DNA of 64,000 bases from Chrysomallon squamiferum (Eukaryota > Animalia > Mollusca), in NCBI GenBank assembly GCA_012295275.1, contig CM022670.1:16678001-16742000 (forward strand). The letters are read 5' to 3'. The notes beneath the pieces were generated by a model. That model ran no database searches, was not told where the DNA came from, and saw only the letters and a list, made by a program, of their open reading frames with translations. Position numbers and translations under genes: made by a program. Below, one piece after another: positions 1 to 13,421 of the stretch; within the stretch, counting starts at the first letter, position 1, and the number at the start of each line of letters is the position of its first letter.

Positions 1-3000
1 GAAACAGCTAGAGAATGTGCTGAGGAAAATGTCTTTCAGAAGCTGAAGGACATAATTCTGGTGAGTTGTTTCAGTGTCGGCTTGTTGCTCCGTTGAAAAC
101 AAGTGTTGCTGAATGGAATGGAGCATCTGTCAAAACATTTACACAAATTTTATTACACAGTAAATATTTTTATAAAGAAATAATTATGTTTGACTGGTGT
201 ATATTCTTACAATTTTTAATTTTTTTATTAATGTTTTATTAATTTTTTTTTTTTTTATTAATCATCAGGTGTATCTACCTGCTATTTATTTTATTTAGAA
301 TTGTAACTTGCCTTTTGTCAAGCCAAACTAAATTTGATTTTCAAAGTGAAGAAATACTTGTGGCTGGCCTGCTGTAAGTAAGAAATTAAAGACTGCAGTT
401 TACCTTGTCTAGACAAGTCATTCCAGATGATGAGCCAAACTGTTCACACAGGGAGACTCGGCTCTGAGCTGTGCTGTATTTCTCTGCCAGCTCCCTTGCT
501 GGGCTCAGCAGTTCATTTTCATCATACTTCCTGTAAACTACTCTATAGTCAAACTTGTAGGGAATATCTGTATAAAGTAAAGTTCTTCAAGTAAAACACT
601 GGCACTGTTATATATCACTGTTATTTGGTTCTGTTTTTATTTATTTATTTATTTTGAAAATTACTAAATAATTTAATATATAATTACATACTAATATGTT
701 CTAAATCAACAGTTTTCAACCTGGATGGCAGCACCTATTTGCACCACTCTGAGACTGCAGAAATATGAGGTGATGGTAAAAAAAAACCCTACATTTGGTA
801 ACCTATAAACATTTGTAACTCCACTACCTAATTTATCACACTTCTTTCATAGTATAAAATTTAACCTAGCAGCCCCAACTTTAATATATTGTTTGAAATG
901 TGGTGATGAAAAATAAAGGTTTAACAACCACTGTTATAGATGAATGGGATAGTTTTAAAATAATTACTTAATCCAATTATAATTATTAAAAATATTCAAA
1001 AACTAAACATAAATAAAATATAAATTTAACCTAGATGCTGCAATCTTAAAAATTATTTGAAATGTGGTGGTGAAAAACACAAAGTTTGGAACCACTCTTC
1101 TATATATATATATGGGATCTTTTTAAAACAATAACTTAACTGAATTAGATTATAAAAATGTAGGTACAATTTGAATCCTATAAAACATTCAGAAACAAAA
1201 GGTATATATTCACTACTCACGGTAAGTTGTTTCTGGACTGATGTCTTTACTGATGGTCAAACACTGAATTTCAGACACTGGGTCTTGTTTCAGTCGGTTG
1301 TATGGACTGATAATCATTCCAACAAAATGACTGCCACCTTTTGCAAACCAGTTCTAAAATAAACAGTATACCATATTTAATCAAAACATTTAACAGACAC
1401 AGGTCCTTTACTATTACAGAATTTGATGAAAAACACAAATAAATATCTATGCTATCATATATTATAGTCTATGCTATCATTACAGTGCTGAATAGTTACT
1501 TTTAGTAATACAATCTTAATTGTCATTAAATTTATAATACCCAGTTATTTTAAATTTAATTAACACATATAACATGTTCAGCAATGATTACTACTGTATC
1601 TAGAATAATTATAATCTGAAATTACTGTAGTTTTATGGACATAAAAAATAGGTTAAAGAGTTTATCTGTTAGTTGCTCACCTGAAACTTAGGTTGTGTTT
1701 TGACAATAGAGTTTGTCTATGTTAATTGCTCATCTGAGTTTTATGACCAAAAAACATAGGTTAAAGAGTTTATCTGTTAGCTGCTCTATGAAATTTTAGT
1801 TGTGTTTTGACAATAGAGTTTGTCTATGCTAATTCCTTACCCGAAATTTTATTTGTGTTTTGACAAAAGACTTTGTTTATGTTAGTTGCTCACCTGAAAC
1901 TTAAGTTGTGTCTCGACATCCCTCACAGATGGATTGGGTGTGAATGTTGGGTGTGAATGGTACCAGCCAACTGTTATCAAACCTGCTGAATTTATTTTTT
2001 CACTGGCCTGTGTCTGTGAAACTACAAAATAATAATTAAAAAAAAATACATAATATTAAATAAAAAGCTGTGGATCCAGAAAGTAAGGCAAAACAACATA
2101 TATGAATCCAGTTTCAGATTTTATCTCATACTAGCTGCATATATATATAAAAACAACTGGGTCATGATACAAATAAATACAAATTCTGATGTAACCCAAA
2201 AATTAAATTCACATTTTATATTCATTTACTAATATTTTAAATAATATAAAAAGCACAGAAATAATAATAGTTTAGTTTTCTTTCCTTGCTATTAAGAATT
2301 TTAAATTTAATGCTTTATTACTGATAATTATCTGAAAATTATTATTAATAGCAGTATTAATGGCTGCAACAAAACAGTTAATATTTCTATATAAATACCA
2401 ATGAGATTAAACCAGCATACCTGGATCCATTTCACACTGCATGCCTGTACTCAAACTGTTACAAGGTACAGCCATTGCTATAGTTAACTGATGAGTGTCG
2501 TCATGGTAATCTCCACCCAAAAGACCAATCACCTCAGTCTTAGAGATGTGAGCATGCGTATCCATTACTGCCAGCACTGTACTGACAATGTTTACTTTAA
2601 ATGGAGCCTACAAAAAAAAAAAAAAAAAAAAACCCCAAATTAATAATAATAACAACAATAATAAATAAACAACATAAAAAAAAAAAAAAAAAAAAAAAAA
2701 TGAAATAAAACTATTTGCCTGAATTAATAGATGTCAATGCAATATTTCATAGTTCATAAGTAAGGTATTTTTTTTTCTTTTTGACAAAACAAGCAAATTA
2801 TATTTAAAAGATTTATATACCTACCTATACATATATATAATGTGATATCTAACTATTTTTTATATATAATGTATAATCATAAAAAAAAAGTTTAAAAAGT
2901 TAAAAAAGAAAGGAAATACTAAGTATATTTTTAATATACTGGTATACATTCTTTTTGTGTTTTAATGGTAAAACTTACTGGAGAATCATCAGTGAATGGT

Positions 3001-3253
3001 AAGCATGGCAACAGCTTGAATGGGTCATAGGCAGTTTTTATGTTTCTGTTTGACTTTGTCTTCATTTCTTCACCTGCATTAGACTTGTGCTGGAAGAAAC
3101 ATGTTTTGAAAATACATACACATGTATGACCAGTTTATGTTCCAATCAAAAGGACATTGGTTGGAATGGACAATAAATTAAATTTACTTTAGTTTGTACA
3201 AAATAGAACAGAAATAGCAAATAGTAAATATGCTGTTTCAAAAATAATACAAA

Positions 3254-3286
<33 letters not shown>

Positions 3287-6200
3287 CATCACAAAACCTA
3301 TATATAGATATATACAGTGGTCATACCTCAATGGTTTTGCCTTCCAGTTCTTTTTCATCAACCCAGTCACCAAACTGATCTCTTATTCTTCTTTTGCGTG
3401 GACGCTAATAAAAACAAATGAATTATAAGACAATGAATTACTTAGTCAAAGCACGCACTTTTTTTCAGTATTTAAAAGAAATGCATTGATTGTGCTTTAA
3501 TGTTAATTTAAGTCTAAATATTATTAACAATGTAATATTTAAAATTTTGATGTCACTGTGTTGCTAATAAAACACATTCATGTTAGATAAAAACAAAATT
3601 CTAATTGTCAGATATCATTTAATATACTATTGGCTAACTAAATATATATGGATTACGGTCAAACCTTAATGACAAGGAAACCACAATCACATAAAAAGAA
3701 AATTATTTACCATAGCCTCCATTTTGTCTGAAAAGGCTGCTGAAAATTCATCTTTGGTGTATTTTTGTTTTTCCTAAAAAGCTAGAGCCCTTCCCTGTAT
3801 TGTATGCAGCTTGCTCTAAAACAAATGATTATTTCATCTATTAGATATAACAAATTATTACATATTTTATTTATACTAACAATAAACTGAAGGAAAAGAT
3901 CTTCTGACCCTTATTCACTGAGTATAACTGAATAATAGTAGTTTATCTGTTGTTGAGGAAATCCAATACCATGACTCCATCACAGATGCTAAACATTTTA
4001 ATATATCTTACTAGAATGACTTATTTATCATTTTAATAAATGTTTTTACACATTACAAATGAAAAAGATTAAAATAATACAAATATATTAATACAGAAAA
4101 TATTATTACATGTTATTTTCTTACCACATCCAATGTTAATAGCACCTATACATTCCAGATAGGCATGTATTCTTCCAATGCAATTAACATCTCCACAATT
4201 CTTCAAACCACTTCTTACTGATGTCTTGTTCAAATAATTGGGCTTGCATGCCTTCCTGTGATAAAAAAAACCCATTTAAATTTTATTAAAACAATGAAGA
4301 ATTTTCACCAAAACCACAACAAAAAAAAAAAAAAAAAAAAAAAATAATGGAACATACTTCTGTATTTTCCAGATTAAATACTTTACAGTTTTAAGTTTCA
4401 AAAACAAACAGGCTGTAAAAGATATACATACCAACATTCAAGAATGTGATTTCTAATTTTGAGGTATCTGTCTGGGGTTTTTGATGGGCGACCATCAAAA
4501 AATTGGGAATGGACTTTCTGTTCTTCTTTTGTGACCTCATCTGGAGGCAGATGAAATTCTTCTACAGGAATTGGAAACTCAATTACTTCACCTGAACTCA
4601 GTGTGATGCCATTCACTATGAAAATAATAATAATAATAATAATAATTTTGAACATTACTTTTCATTTTATATCATTATATGGTTTTTATTTCTTAACTCA
4701 CTAGAATGCAATCAATCAAAAAATGAAATATACAGTTCAGAGCTTCATCCAATACTAAAAAAAAAAAAATATAGTTTGGTTATTCAAACTTTAAGCAAAC
4801 TCAAAAAGATTTCTTTTATTTTCAGAAGTGAATTTGTTTCTAAATTACTAGGATATATATGTTCTTTGTTGAAATGCTAATTAACTTAACAAGATAGTTT
4901 GTCGCATACAAATGTCTACCGATTATAGGTAGATAAATGTTAAAAATTAAAAAAACCAAGAAGGATAATCACCTATGATATTTTCTTCAGTGTTTGGAAC
5001 CTTTGTAGTATCTGTATCAGCAGACTTAGTTTCTGTTACGTCCTGAGAAAGACCAAACTCTGATTTCTCTGCTGGACTTGTACTGCTTGAATCTGTTGAT
5101 GTAACATTTTTGCATTTAGTTTCTTCTTTGGCATCAGTTTCAACTTCAATACAGGACGACTGGGTACTGGAGTCTGAGTTAGTTTCACTATGATTGCTTT
5201 CCAGGTCATGTTTCACTGCAGGTTTTATTGGAACATTAGCAGCTTTTAGCAGAGTTTCATAAACCGAGCTTGGTGATGCTGATCTACTTTGTAATATCAG
5301 ATTATCAGTCCCATCATCATTCTCAATGTCAATATCAACATCACTCTCATCGTCTTGTAGTTCTTGTGGAGCATCTGAAATTCCAGAATCCCCTGATGAC
5401 ATAATCTTGTCATCTTCTAATCTGCTGTTCATATCAAAGATGTTAGTGTTTACTTTATCTAAATGTTCTGTTTCAATAACTTCATAGTTTCCTACCACCC
5501 CATTGAATGGAATCGAGTTCAAATCCTCAAATGTTGAAATTCCATCAAGTATTTCACTACTTGCTAATATTGTATCAATTCCAGTAAGTTTAGGCAGGAA
5601 ATCATTCTCAGATTTAGACCAGCTTTTGTCTTCCATTTCTTTGTTTAAGACATTTTCAATGTTGCTATCATTAACAGTTTTTATTTTTTTCTTTCGCTTG
5701 TATTGTTTTACTGAAGTACATTTGGTTTGTTTTTTGTTGCTAGGGGCAACTGTAGGCCGAGCTGTTGTGACAGACACCAGAGCCTCTGCCAACGACAGGA
5801 ACCGAGGATGAACTGTCTGAGGACCATATGATGATGATTCATTAGATTCAGCTTTTTTGGCCTGAAATAATAACAATAACTATTTACTAGTAATAATAAA
5901 GATGTAATGGTAACATCTGAATATTACTTTAAATTTAAAAACTTCACTTTATTATTAATAAAAAAGTTTTTTTAAAAAATATACAAACTAACCAGGTTCT
6001 TAAAATATTGCTGAGCATAGTTTTTCACTTGTAAATTAGTCCTTGATGGAATCAATTCTGATATACGAGTCCAACTTCTTCCATGCATATCCTAATTAAA
6101 AAAAAATAATAATCATACTTAAGCAAAAAATAAATCCACAAAACCCACATCAAATTAACCATAATGTTAAATCAGTACCAACAACTGTAACAAAGATTTT

Positions 6201-7896
6201 CATTCATTAGAAACAGTTTTACATCTTTGTTTTACAGCTTTTTGGCTAGAAAAAACTAGCAATTACCTACAAGAAATTAAAACTAAAATTAAATACACTT
6301 TTCAGCTAATGTTTTTATATTTTGTATTCTATATTTTAATTAAGATTGAAATAAAATACAGAGAATGATTTGTATGGCAAGCCAGTTATATTTATATACA
6401 TCATTAAACTAAATAATTTTTTTTTTTTTTTTTTTTTAAATTACGCACCAGTCCCTTTAAGAAAAGCTTCTTCTCTTCATCTGTCCAGGGTCTTGGTTTT
6501 TTGCTGGCTGACTTTGCTTTCACTGGACTTGCACACGGAGAGGCCAGAGGAGAAAGTTTCGATTTGCTGTTGCGATTATTTAGGTACTGTCTGCAGATGT
6601 GGTTAAGAATTATCTTACATTACAACTGCTACTTTACACTTCAGATTTCACAGCCATGTAATTCTTATATCAAATAAATGAATAAAAGGATTAAACTATT
6701 ATGCTAGTGAAATATGAGTGTTACTAAACTAAAAAAAAACATATAATACAATAGTTTATAGTATTTATAAACTAATGTTTTTAATAAACTCTAAATAAAT
6801 CCTAAATATGCTTCAGCGTGACATTTTTTTTATCAGAATAAACTAACTGTAACCAAAAAAAATAAAATAAAATAAAACTGATTAAAAATATAGCAACATA
6901 GCAATGACAAATTACCTCCCTTGACACAGTGCCATTTCCCTGGCATCATCAGAATAATTGTGTGCATTCTAGTAGATATGTATATAAATATCCAGTATCC
7001 ATATATACAATATATTCAATAATATAACACAAACTCCATTTATTATATTAACTTTGTATTTGTAATATCATAATGTATGTCTGAACTTAATTGTCAGCAA
7101 ATAAGGATACTGTTCTTCCAAAAGCATTCTTTCAATTGTTGCTTTTGATTTTTCATCCATATCAAGAGTCCATCCCTGAAAATAACACAATTTCTAACCC
7201 AATAACAATTCAAACCAGATTTATTTTTATTAAATGAATGACATTCAACATGGATCAACACAAACCTAAATAATTAATAATCAATAATTTGAATAGTTTA
7301 AATATTTAAACAAAATATTACAAATGTTCAAAAGTTGACGACTTTCAAACAAGTGTTTTTGAATGAAAAAATAAAAATGCTAAACTGTATTTGAAAGTTT
7401 ATTTTGTCTTGTTAATTTAAGATTCAACAAAATTATTTTATCCTGTTTTCTAATAACTATTTTATTATTATTAATAATTTTAGTTACAATTTTTGGTTAT
7501 TTGCTCCCAAAGATATGTTTAATATAAAAAAAAATTATTATTATTATTACTGTTTTAATTTCTTTGTTTTACACAATACAACAAAGGTTTATAAAATGAC
7601 TGCATTATTTTGACATTTAGGCAATAACTATATAATAGAAAAATATCTAACCTGTTCAAGCATCCATGGGGGATTAGTATACTCAGGTAACAGATTGGCA
7701 CTGGCTGAAGGCAACTCATTAGCATCATAAAATCCATCTTCAACTCTTTTCATTAAAATAAAAAAAAAATTAATACTTAGGAAATTATATTTGTTTTACT
7801 ACTACTATTAGCACTGAAACAGAAATTGATAACTGTTAAATAAGTTACTGTTAACTTCCCTCTGAAAATATCCTAATTTAACGATACATCTAAAAA

Positions 7897-7933
<37 letters not shown>

Positions 7934-8394
7934 TTAATAATTATTATAAAGAACTTTGAAGAATTATGATGATTATAATTTAATTCTTAACCATAATGAT
8001 AATGCTATACTAATATTAATTATATTAGCACTTCGTTTCAACATCCAGCTGAAAGGTTACGTTTAGAATTATATAGAATAACGTAATTCCTCGGTGTAAA
8101 ATGTTAGAAGAGCAAAAAAGTGTTGTCCGATTTCAGACACTGACAGTGCCACGACACTTTCAAAGTTCACTCGATCATACAAAATTGTAATGATCAATCA
8201 GTCCAAATACGTGTTTCATAACAGTCATTTAGATAAGTAACATTACATTCTAGAAATATCATATGATTGGTTTTTACATTAGTACAGTAGCCTGAAATAA
8301 AGATTTTCTTATAAAACTACACATATACGAAGAAAACATACTCCAGTTTAAAATCAAATTCCCCTTCGATGTCGATTTCCCCATCATCAGCCAT
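1..8394 (-). CDS. MYSM1: Histone H2A deubiquitinase MYSM1 (SANT/Myb, SWIRM and MPN+/JAMM domains); 3' end lies beyond the window; apparent 1-nt frameshift in exon 9
   Basis: Coding exons in transcript order: 8394-8342 ([17 protein letters not shown]), 7745-7652, 7175-7111 ([21 protein letters not shown]), 6590-6449 ([18 protein letters not shown]), 6091-5993 ([28 protein letters not shown]), 5861-4973 (long acidic/Ser-rich linker), 4615-4432 and 4255-4125 (SWIRM: [24 protein letters not shown]; [28 protein letters not shown]), 3815-3711, 3404-3327 ([26 protein letters not shown]), 3089-2979 (DPFKLLPC), 2607-2421 ([18 protein letters not shown]; [15 protein letters not shown]), 2021-1894 ([21 protein letters not shown] motif), 1353-1221, 567-404, 126-1 (open to the window edge). 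All introns are GT..AG and phases match except across exon 9. Confidence 0.96.
710..1150. mobile_element. Degenerate tandem copies of a short hAT/MER5-like MITE remnant in MYSM1 intron 14
   Basis: Blocks ~860-980 and ~1025-1150 are clearly duplicated (tttaacctag...tttgaaatgtggtgatgaaaaa...aaccact...atgggat), with a weaker third copy from ~710. The ends cagttttcaacct and aggtttaacaaccactg resemble hAT/Charlie terminal inverted repeats. Confidence 0.4.
1640..1915. repeat. Degenerate ~53-bp tandem array (about 5 copies) made of the MYSM1 exon 13 3' end plus its splice donor
   Basis: The motif gttagttgctcacctgaaactta(a/g)gttgtgt recurs with junction-equivalent positions at about 1894, 1841, 1788, 1734 and 1681. 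Confidence 0.85.
6591..7110 (-). other. U12-type (minor spliceosome) GT-AG intron, MYSM1 intron 3
   Basis: 5' splice site GTATCCTTAT (rc of 7101-7110). Branch-like ATTCTTAACC sits about 11 nt before the 3' CAG, with no polypyrimidine tract. Joining GAA-GAA-CA to A-CAG-TAC-CTA keeps the frame (EEQQYL). Confidence 0.9.
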
Positions 8395-8531
8395 TTTGTA
8401 GACGAAGCCTCTGTTTCGTACACGTATTTTGTTGATTAGAGTTAACCCCTTCGATGGCATTTCGACATGCTAAGAGCTAGTGTTTGGTGGATTATGTAAT
8501 GTTGCCATCGTTTCGAAGTCGTCCTTACGAT

Positions 8532-8534
<3 letters not shown>

Positions 8535-8609
<75 letters not shown>
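8535..8609. repeat. (CT)n/(GA)n microsatellite about 140 bp upstream of the MYSM1 start codon
   Basis: Pure dinucleotide run in the promoter-proximal region. Confidence 0.95.
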
Positions 8610-8611
<2 letters not shown>

Positions 8612-9287
8612 TAATATTACAAACCATAGTTAAATGTTTAAAAAGTTCTGAAAAAATATAATTTGATTCTACCCTATCCTACAAATTTAAGTTACAAGAC
8701 ATTAAATTTAGGCTATATTTAAATGCATTTAAAATAATATTAATAAAACTTTTTTATTTTAGAACCATCTGTCTGGATAGTTTTGTCTTGAAATAATTTT
8801 AATAATATGGAATCAAACCAGTTATTCGGAAAAAACCTTCCTCTGCAGGTGCGTTGCCAACATGAAGAAAACTTTGATGGTACGAATAAATTACAGGTGC
8901 TATCGAGATTTTATTTTGTAGTAACTAAAAACTAAATTTATTAAAATAAATAAATAAATAAATAAATAAATAAAATAAAAATGGTTTTAGGTATTTAACT
9001 CTTTTTTTTTTTTTAATTTTAATTTTTTTTTTTTTTTTTTTTAATGAATCCAGTATTGCATATATATAGATAGATAGATAGATAGATAGACATACAAATA
9101 CATACAAACGATGAAAGCGACATTATAGAAATACTAAAAATCAAAGCAAGCAAATCTGGTTGAATATACAGTGGAACCTGTCTTTAGCTTTTCTTATTAG
9201 AATCTACAACCAACACAAAGAATCGGACACTAAAGTCAGATCCACATACAGGTTTACACCAAAAAGACTGTCACTATTAGAATCAAA

Positions 9288-9900
9288 TGGTCGTCATTTT
9301 AAAAATGGCGTGTCGTGTTGATCAGTTTATTATTGTTCGGGAAATATTAATACTATCAGTCTTCGGAGATTGCTATATTTTAATCACTCAAAATATTCAG
9401 GTATTTGATCCTCCTCCTTTCAAATCACTGTAGCTACTTAGTGATACCATATTTTGGAGTTACTAATGGTTCAAAAATATTACTAAGATGATCTTAACAA
9501 AATGTACCATCAAACCTTCAGAATACTTTGTGCCATTATGAATTAATATATCTGAAGGCGTAAAATTTTATCCAAAATTAAGTTTGATGGTGGCTATTTT
9601 TAAAAATGGCAGCCTTTGGCAATCATTTTCACTTTTTACAGGTAATACTGCTAATGTGTTCCTGGGAGACCCCTAAATAAAATTATATCACTCATGCAAG
9701 AATTTGTTTAATCATGGTCTCTTGCTTCACTAATAATTGCTATATGTATTTTGTAAAATATGTTTTTGAATCCCCCCTTCCTTCAAACCACCCTAGCAAA
9801 AATTAATGATACCACATTTTAAAAATATTCCTGGGATGATGCCCAAACAAAACCAATCATCAAACCTTCTGAAAACTTGGGGTTGCTATGACAACATTTT
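9288..9900. mobile_element. Degenerate two-unit (~300 bp) repeat, probably a non-autonomous DNA element remnant
   Basis: Units starting at ~9288 and ~9590 share a palindromic cattttaaaaatgg core, then cttcaaa(t/c)cac, tgatacca and catcaaaccttc(a/t)gaa in the same order. Confidence 0.4.
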
Positions 9901-10214
9901 TTTGCTGGGTCAGCTCCTGCACTATTACCTTTACCCTCTTTACCGACACTAAACCGGCAGTAACGTATTGATGCACATGTGACACTGGGTGAAGAGTGGA
10001 AGTAAGAGTATTTTTGTTTATTTATTGATTTATTTATTGATTTATTTATTTGTTTTAATATTAAAAAAGTTATATTAATAATTATAAAGATAATAAAAAT
10101 AACTGTCTATTTCCCAAGTGCCCTTTGATAATAAACGTTTCCCCTACTGGATTATCCCCCCACGAACACGCTACAAACTGTATTGTTAATATTGTTTAAT
10201 ACGTGCTTTCTGAA

Positions 10215-10262
<48 letters not shown>

Positions 10263-12075
10263 GTATATGTAAGGTAAGTATGTACATACATACACACATA
10301 ATTAAACATAAAAACAGACATGTACGAAAATACAGATATGCCTCTTTCGAAAAATTATTTTCAGTACAACAATTATTGCAAATGCAAGTTAAATTAATGA
10401 TATAAAGTAAAACAAAATAATATTAATAATAATAATAATAATAAAAGTTAACCATTTTTTTTACAAATAATAGCTCTATCATTTGTAACTGAATATGCCG
10501 ATTAATAAACTAACGATGTTATTTTAAGACATTTTACTTGTCATGCTTTGAATACTGGTATTAAATATGTAAAATTAGAAAGGAAATGGAAAGGAAAACT
10601 AAAATGATGCATATAATTATGACTTAAAGTTTTGTTTTGAGACAGAATGAAATATAATAATATCTAAAATAAAGTTTCATAAGTAAAATATTAGAAAACA
10701 ATTATAGTTTATTATGTCGTATTATCAAAACTGTCTTGTGGTATGGTTGAGCTGTCATGTATTTAATTTCAGGTATCTTTTAAAAATATGGAATAATCAA
10801 TGTCCTTTGAAATTGTTTTCTGATTGGCTGTTATATAAATAAAATAAATATGTGATCAAGGCAAAAGAGTGGAATAATTTAAATTTATCATAAATAATTA
10901 GATATTTCGTAACTTTTACAGTTCGAACCATTTGAAGAAACTGGAAGAAGGGAAGTTGAAAAAGAGCGTGGGAAGATCCCCCGTTTCGTTTTTATTAATT
11001 TGAATCGTAATTTACAGGATTATCATTATAAAAAATGCAAGCACAAATCAAAATTTATCAACGAAGAGGAAATAACATTCTTTATTAAGTAAAATGAAAC
11101 AAACTGAAACCAGTATGCACGCGGGATTTCGGAGACTGATACACTTCAAATATATTTTCTGTGGTACATCGGCCTTCTGAAAACTACCCATTGCGACTTC
11201 GTTCGTTCGACCGTATCTTCTTTCCATTTCCTCCGTATCCTTTAACAGATCTTTCCTTTCCTTCGTTTATCTTATTGTCTTTATTTCCGTATCCTGCATA
11301 AGTACTTTTTTTAAAGTAGGATATAATGTTGTTGTTGAATCACAAGAGACCACGAACTTCAATCGCCAAACTCTTGCTCACCAAAGCGAGGTTCAGCCCA
11401 TTTTTACATAATTTTTTGGTAATCCAAATCATTCAGCATCATTCCATAATTGATTTTTATAAACACTGATTTTAATGGACATTTTGTTTGGGGTCTGGGG
11501 CGGCTGACACAAATCAGAGCTCAATTTGGCTTTCAAATGCAATATTTGCTCATTATGAGTTTTCTTTCATGCAAAAAAATGTTTCATCCATCAGTGAACT
11601 TGACATGTTTGAAATTTGTGTATTTTATTACGAAGCCGTGACACTTGCTATCGCAATGCCTGGCCACGACGATTTATGTTCAATGTGGATAATCGTGTGG
11701 TGCATGTGAATAAAAATCATAAACGTGTTTAAACAAATGTCTAATTTTTATCCCTCTGACGACGGGACTGTTTTGCTCGGTCTATCTATCTATCTATCTA
11801 TCTAAATAAATAAATGAATAAATAAAGGAAAATACTTATTATAACATTTATTCAAATAAAATAAAATAAAATAAAGGATAACATAAAATCATTACAATTC
11901 GATCATTTTATCACAAAACGACATTTTGAATAATAAAGAGAAATAATATTAATATATATAATGAAACTTGCATTGCTTATTTGCTTACTAGACATAATTA
12001 GAGATTAAGAGATTAAAAAAAGTCTTTATCATTTGATTAAAGTAATTTATTATAAAACGGCACAGAATAATAATT

Positions 12076-12119
<44 letters not shown>

Positions 12120-13122
12120 TTCAATAATTTGTAAATATACAAATAAGTTTTGAAGATACTGGGAATAATAATTTATGTCCAACAAATAAATAAATAAATT
12201 ATAAAAAAAAAAAAAAAAACAACAACAAACACACACACAATGTAAACAGCAACAACAATTAGTAAAAAAATTAACAAATAAAATAAACTTATAATAATAA
12301 TTAGACGATTATGTTATATAAAACCATTAAGGAAAGGAATGATGTGTCGCTTTGTAACAAACCTTTTTATTTTGTAATAATTATTTGATAAAAATTTTAT
12401 TGGCAATTTGCTCTCTCACATTTTTTTCTTTTTCATCTAGTATATTTTGAATAGAGATGCAGAAATGATAAATGCGTTTTATTACAAAATGATATAGGAA
12501 TAGTAATATAATCTGAAAATTAAAATATATTATATCCACAAATTCAAAAAAGATCATAAAACTGATTTAGTCTTAAAGAAAGGAGAAAAAAATATATATA
12601 TAAATATATAAATACATAAATAAATAAAATGGAAGAGGAACAAGTAACTTAAAATAATTAAGTTAAATTCAATAACTTCATAAAAAAAACTTTGAGAAAG
12701 GGTATTATGCTATGGTTTTGTATAATCAACTGAAACGATGTTTTATTTTGTTATGTTTAATAAAAGTTGTAATGGTATTTCTTTCATTATCTCTAGCTGA
12801 AAACATAGTTATTTAGAGATGATTTAAAAAAAAAAAATTAAATTAAATTAAATTAAATTAAAAGAAACGCTTGATAAAAGATATTTGTGACAGTAGTAAT
12901 TCTCATAAATCGGAAAACTGAAATAAACGTAAACCAAAATATTTAAAAGAAAAATTTGTAAAATTACTTTGAGTGCATTGAAATAAATTTGTAGTTTATA
13001 TAAAAGTAGATTTTGATCAAATAAAATATAATGAATAAAATAAAATAAATAAGATAAAAATATGGTGATTGGAACATGTATATATGGTAGGTAGTAAAAA
13101 ATAAAAAATAAAATAAAAATAG

Positions 13123-13167
<45 letters not shown>

Positions 13168-13390
13168 AGCTTGTCATTTCAAAGATTAACCTTTAAAAAG
13201 TTGAATCTGTGTTGCTTATTGATCGTGATGTTAATACTATTATATCTACATCATTACTGGAGCACATCTGCTACTGAAAAAAAAATATAATAATAATTAA
13301 ACAAAATAAATAAATAACAAAATTATTTAAACTAAAATAAAATAACACCCACCCACTCCCACATAAAGAATAATAATAATAATAATAAAA

Positions 13391-13421
<31 letters not shown>

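Noticed and set aside
3760-3785. Programmed -1 ribosomal frameshift in MYSM1
   Set aside because: The required shift is +1 (or -2), and there is no canonical X XXY YYZ heptamer with a downstream structure. An indel is the simpler explanation.
5503-5811. 102-aa + strand ORF
   Set aside because: Antisense shadow of MYSM1 exon 6 with no independent coding evidence.
9169-9260. Tiny Tc1/mariner-like MITE (cagtggaacctgt...acaggtttacac)
   Set aside because: The inverted match is only about 7-9 bp and the right end lacks a TA target duplication. Too weak to call.
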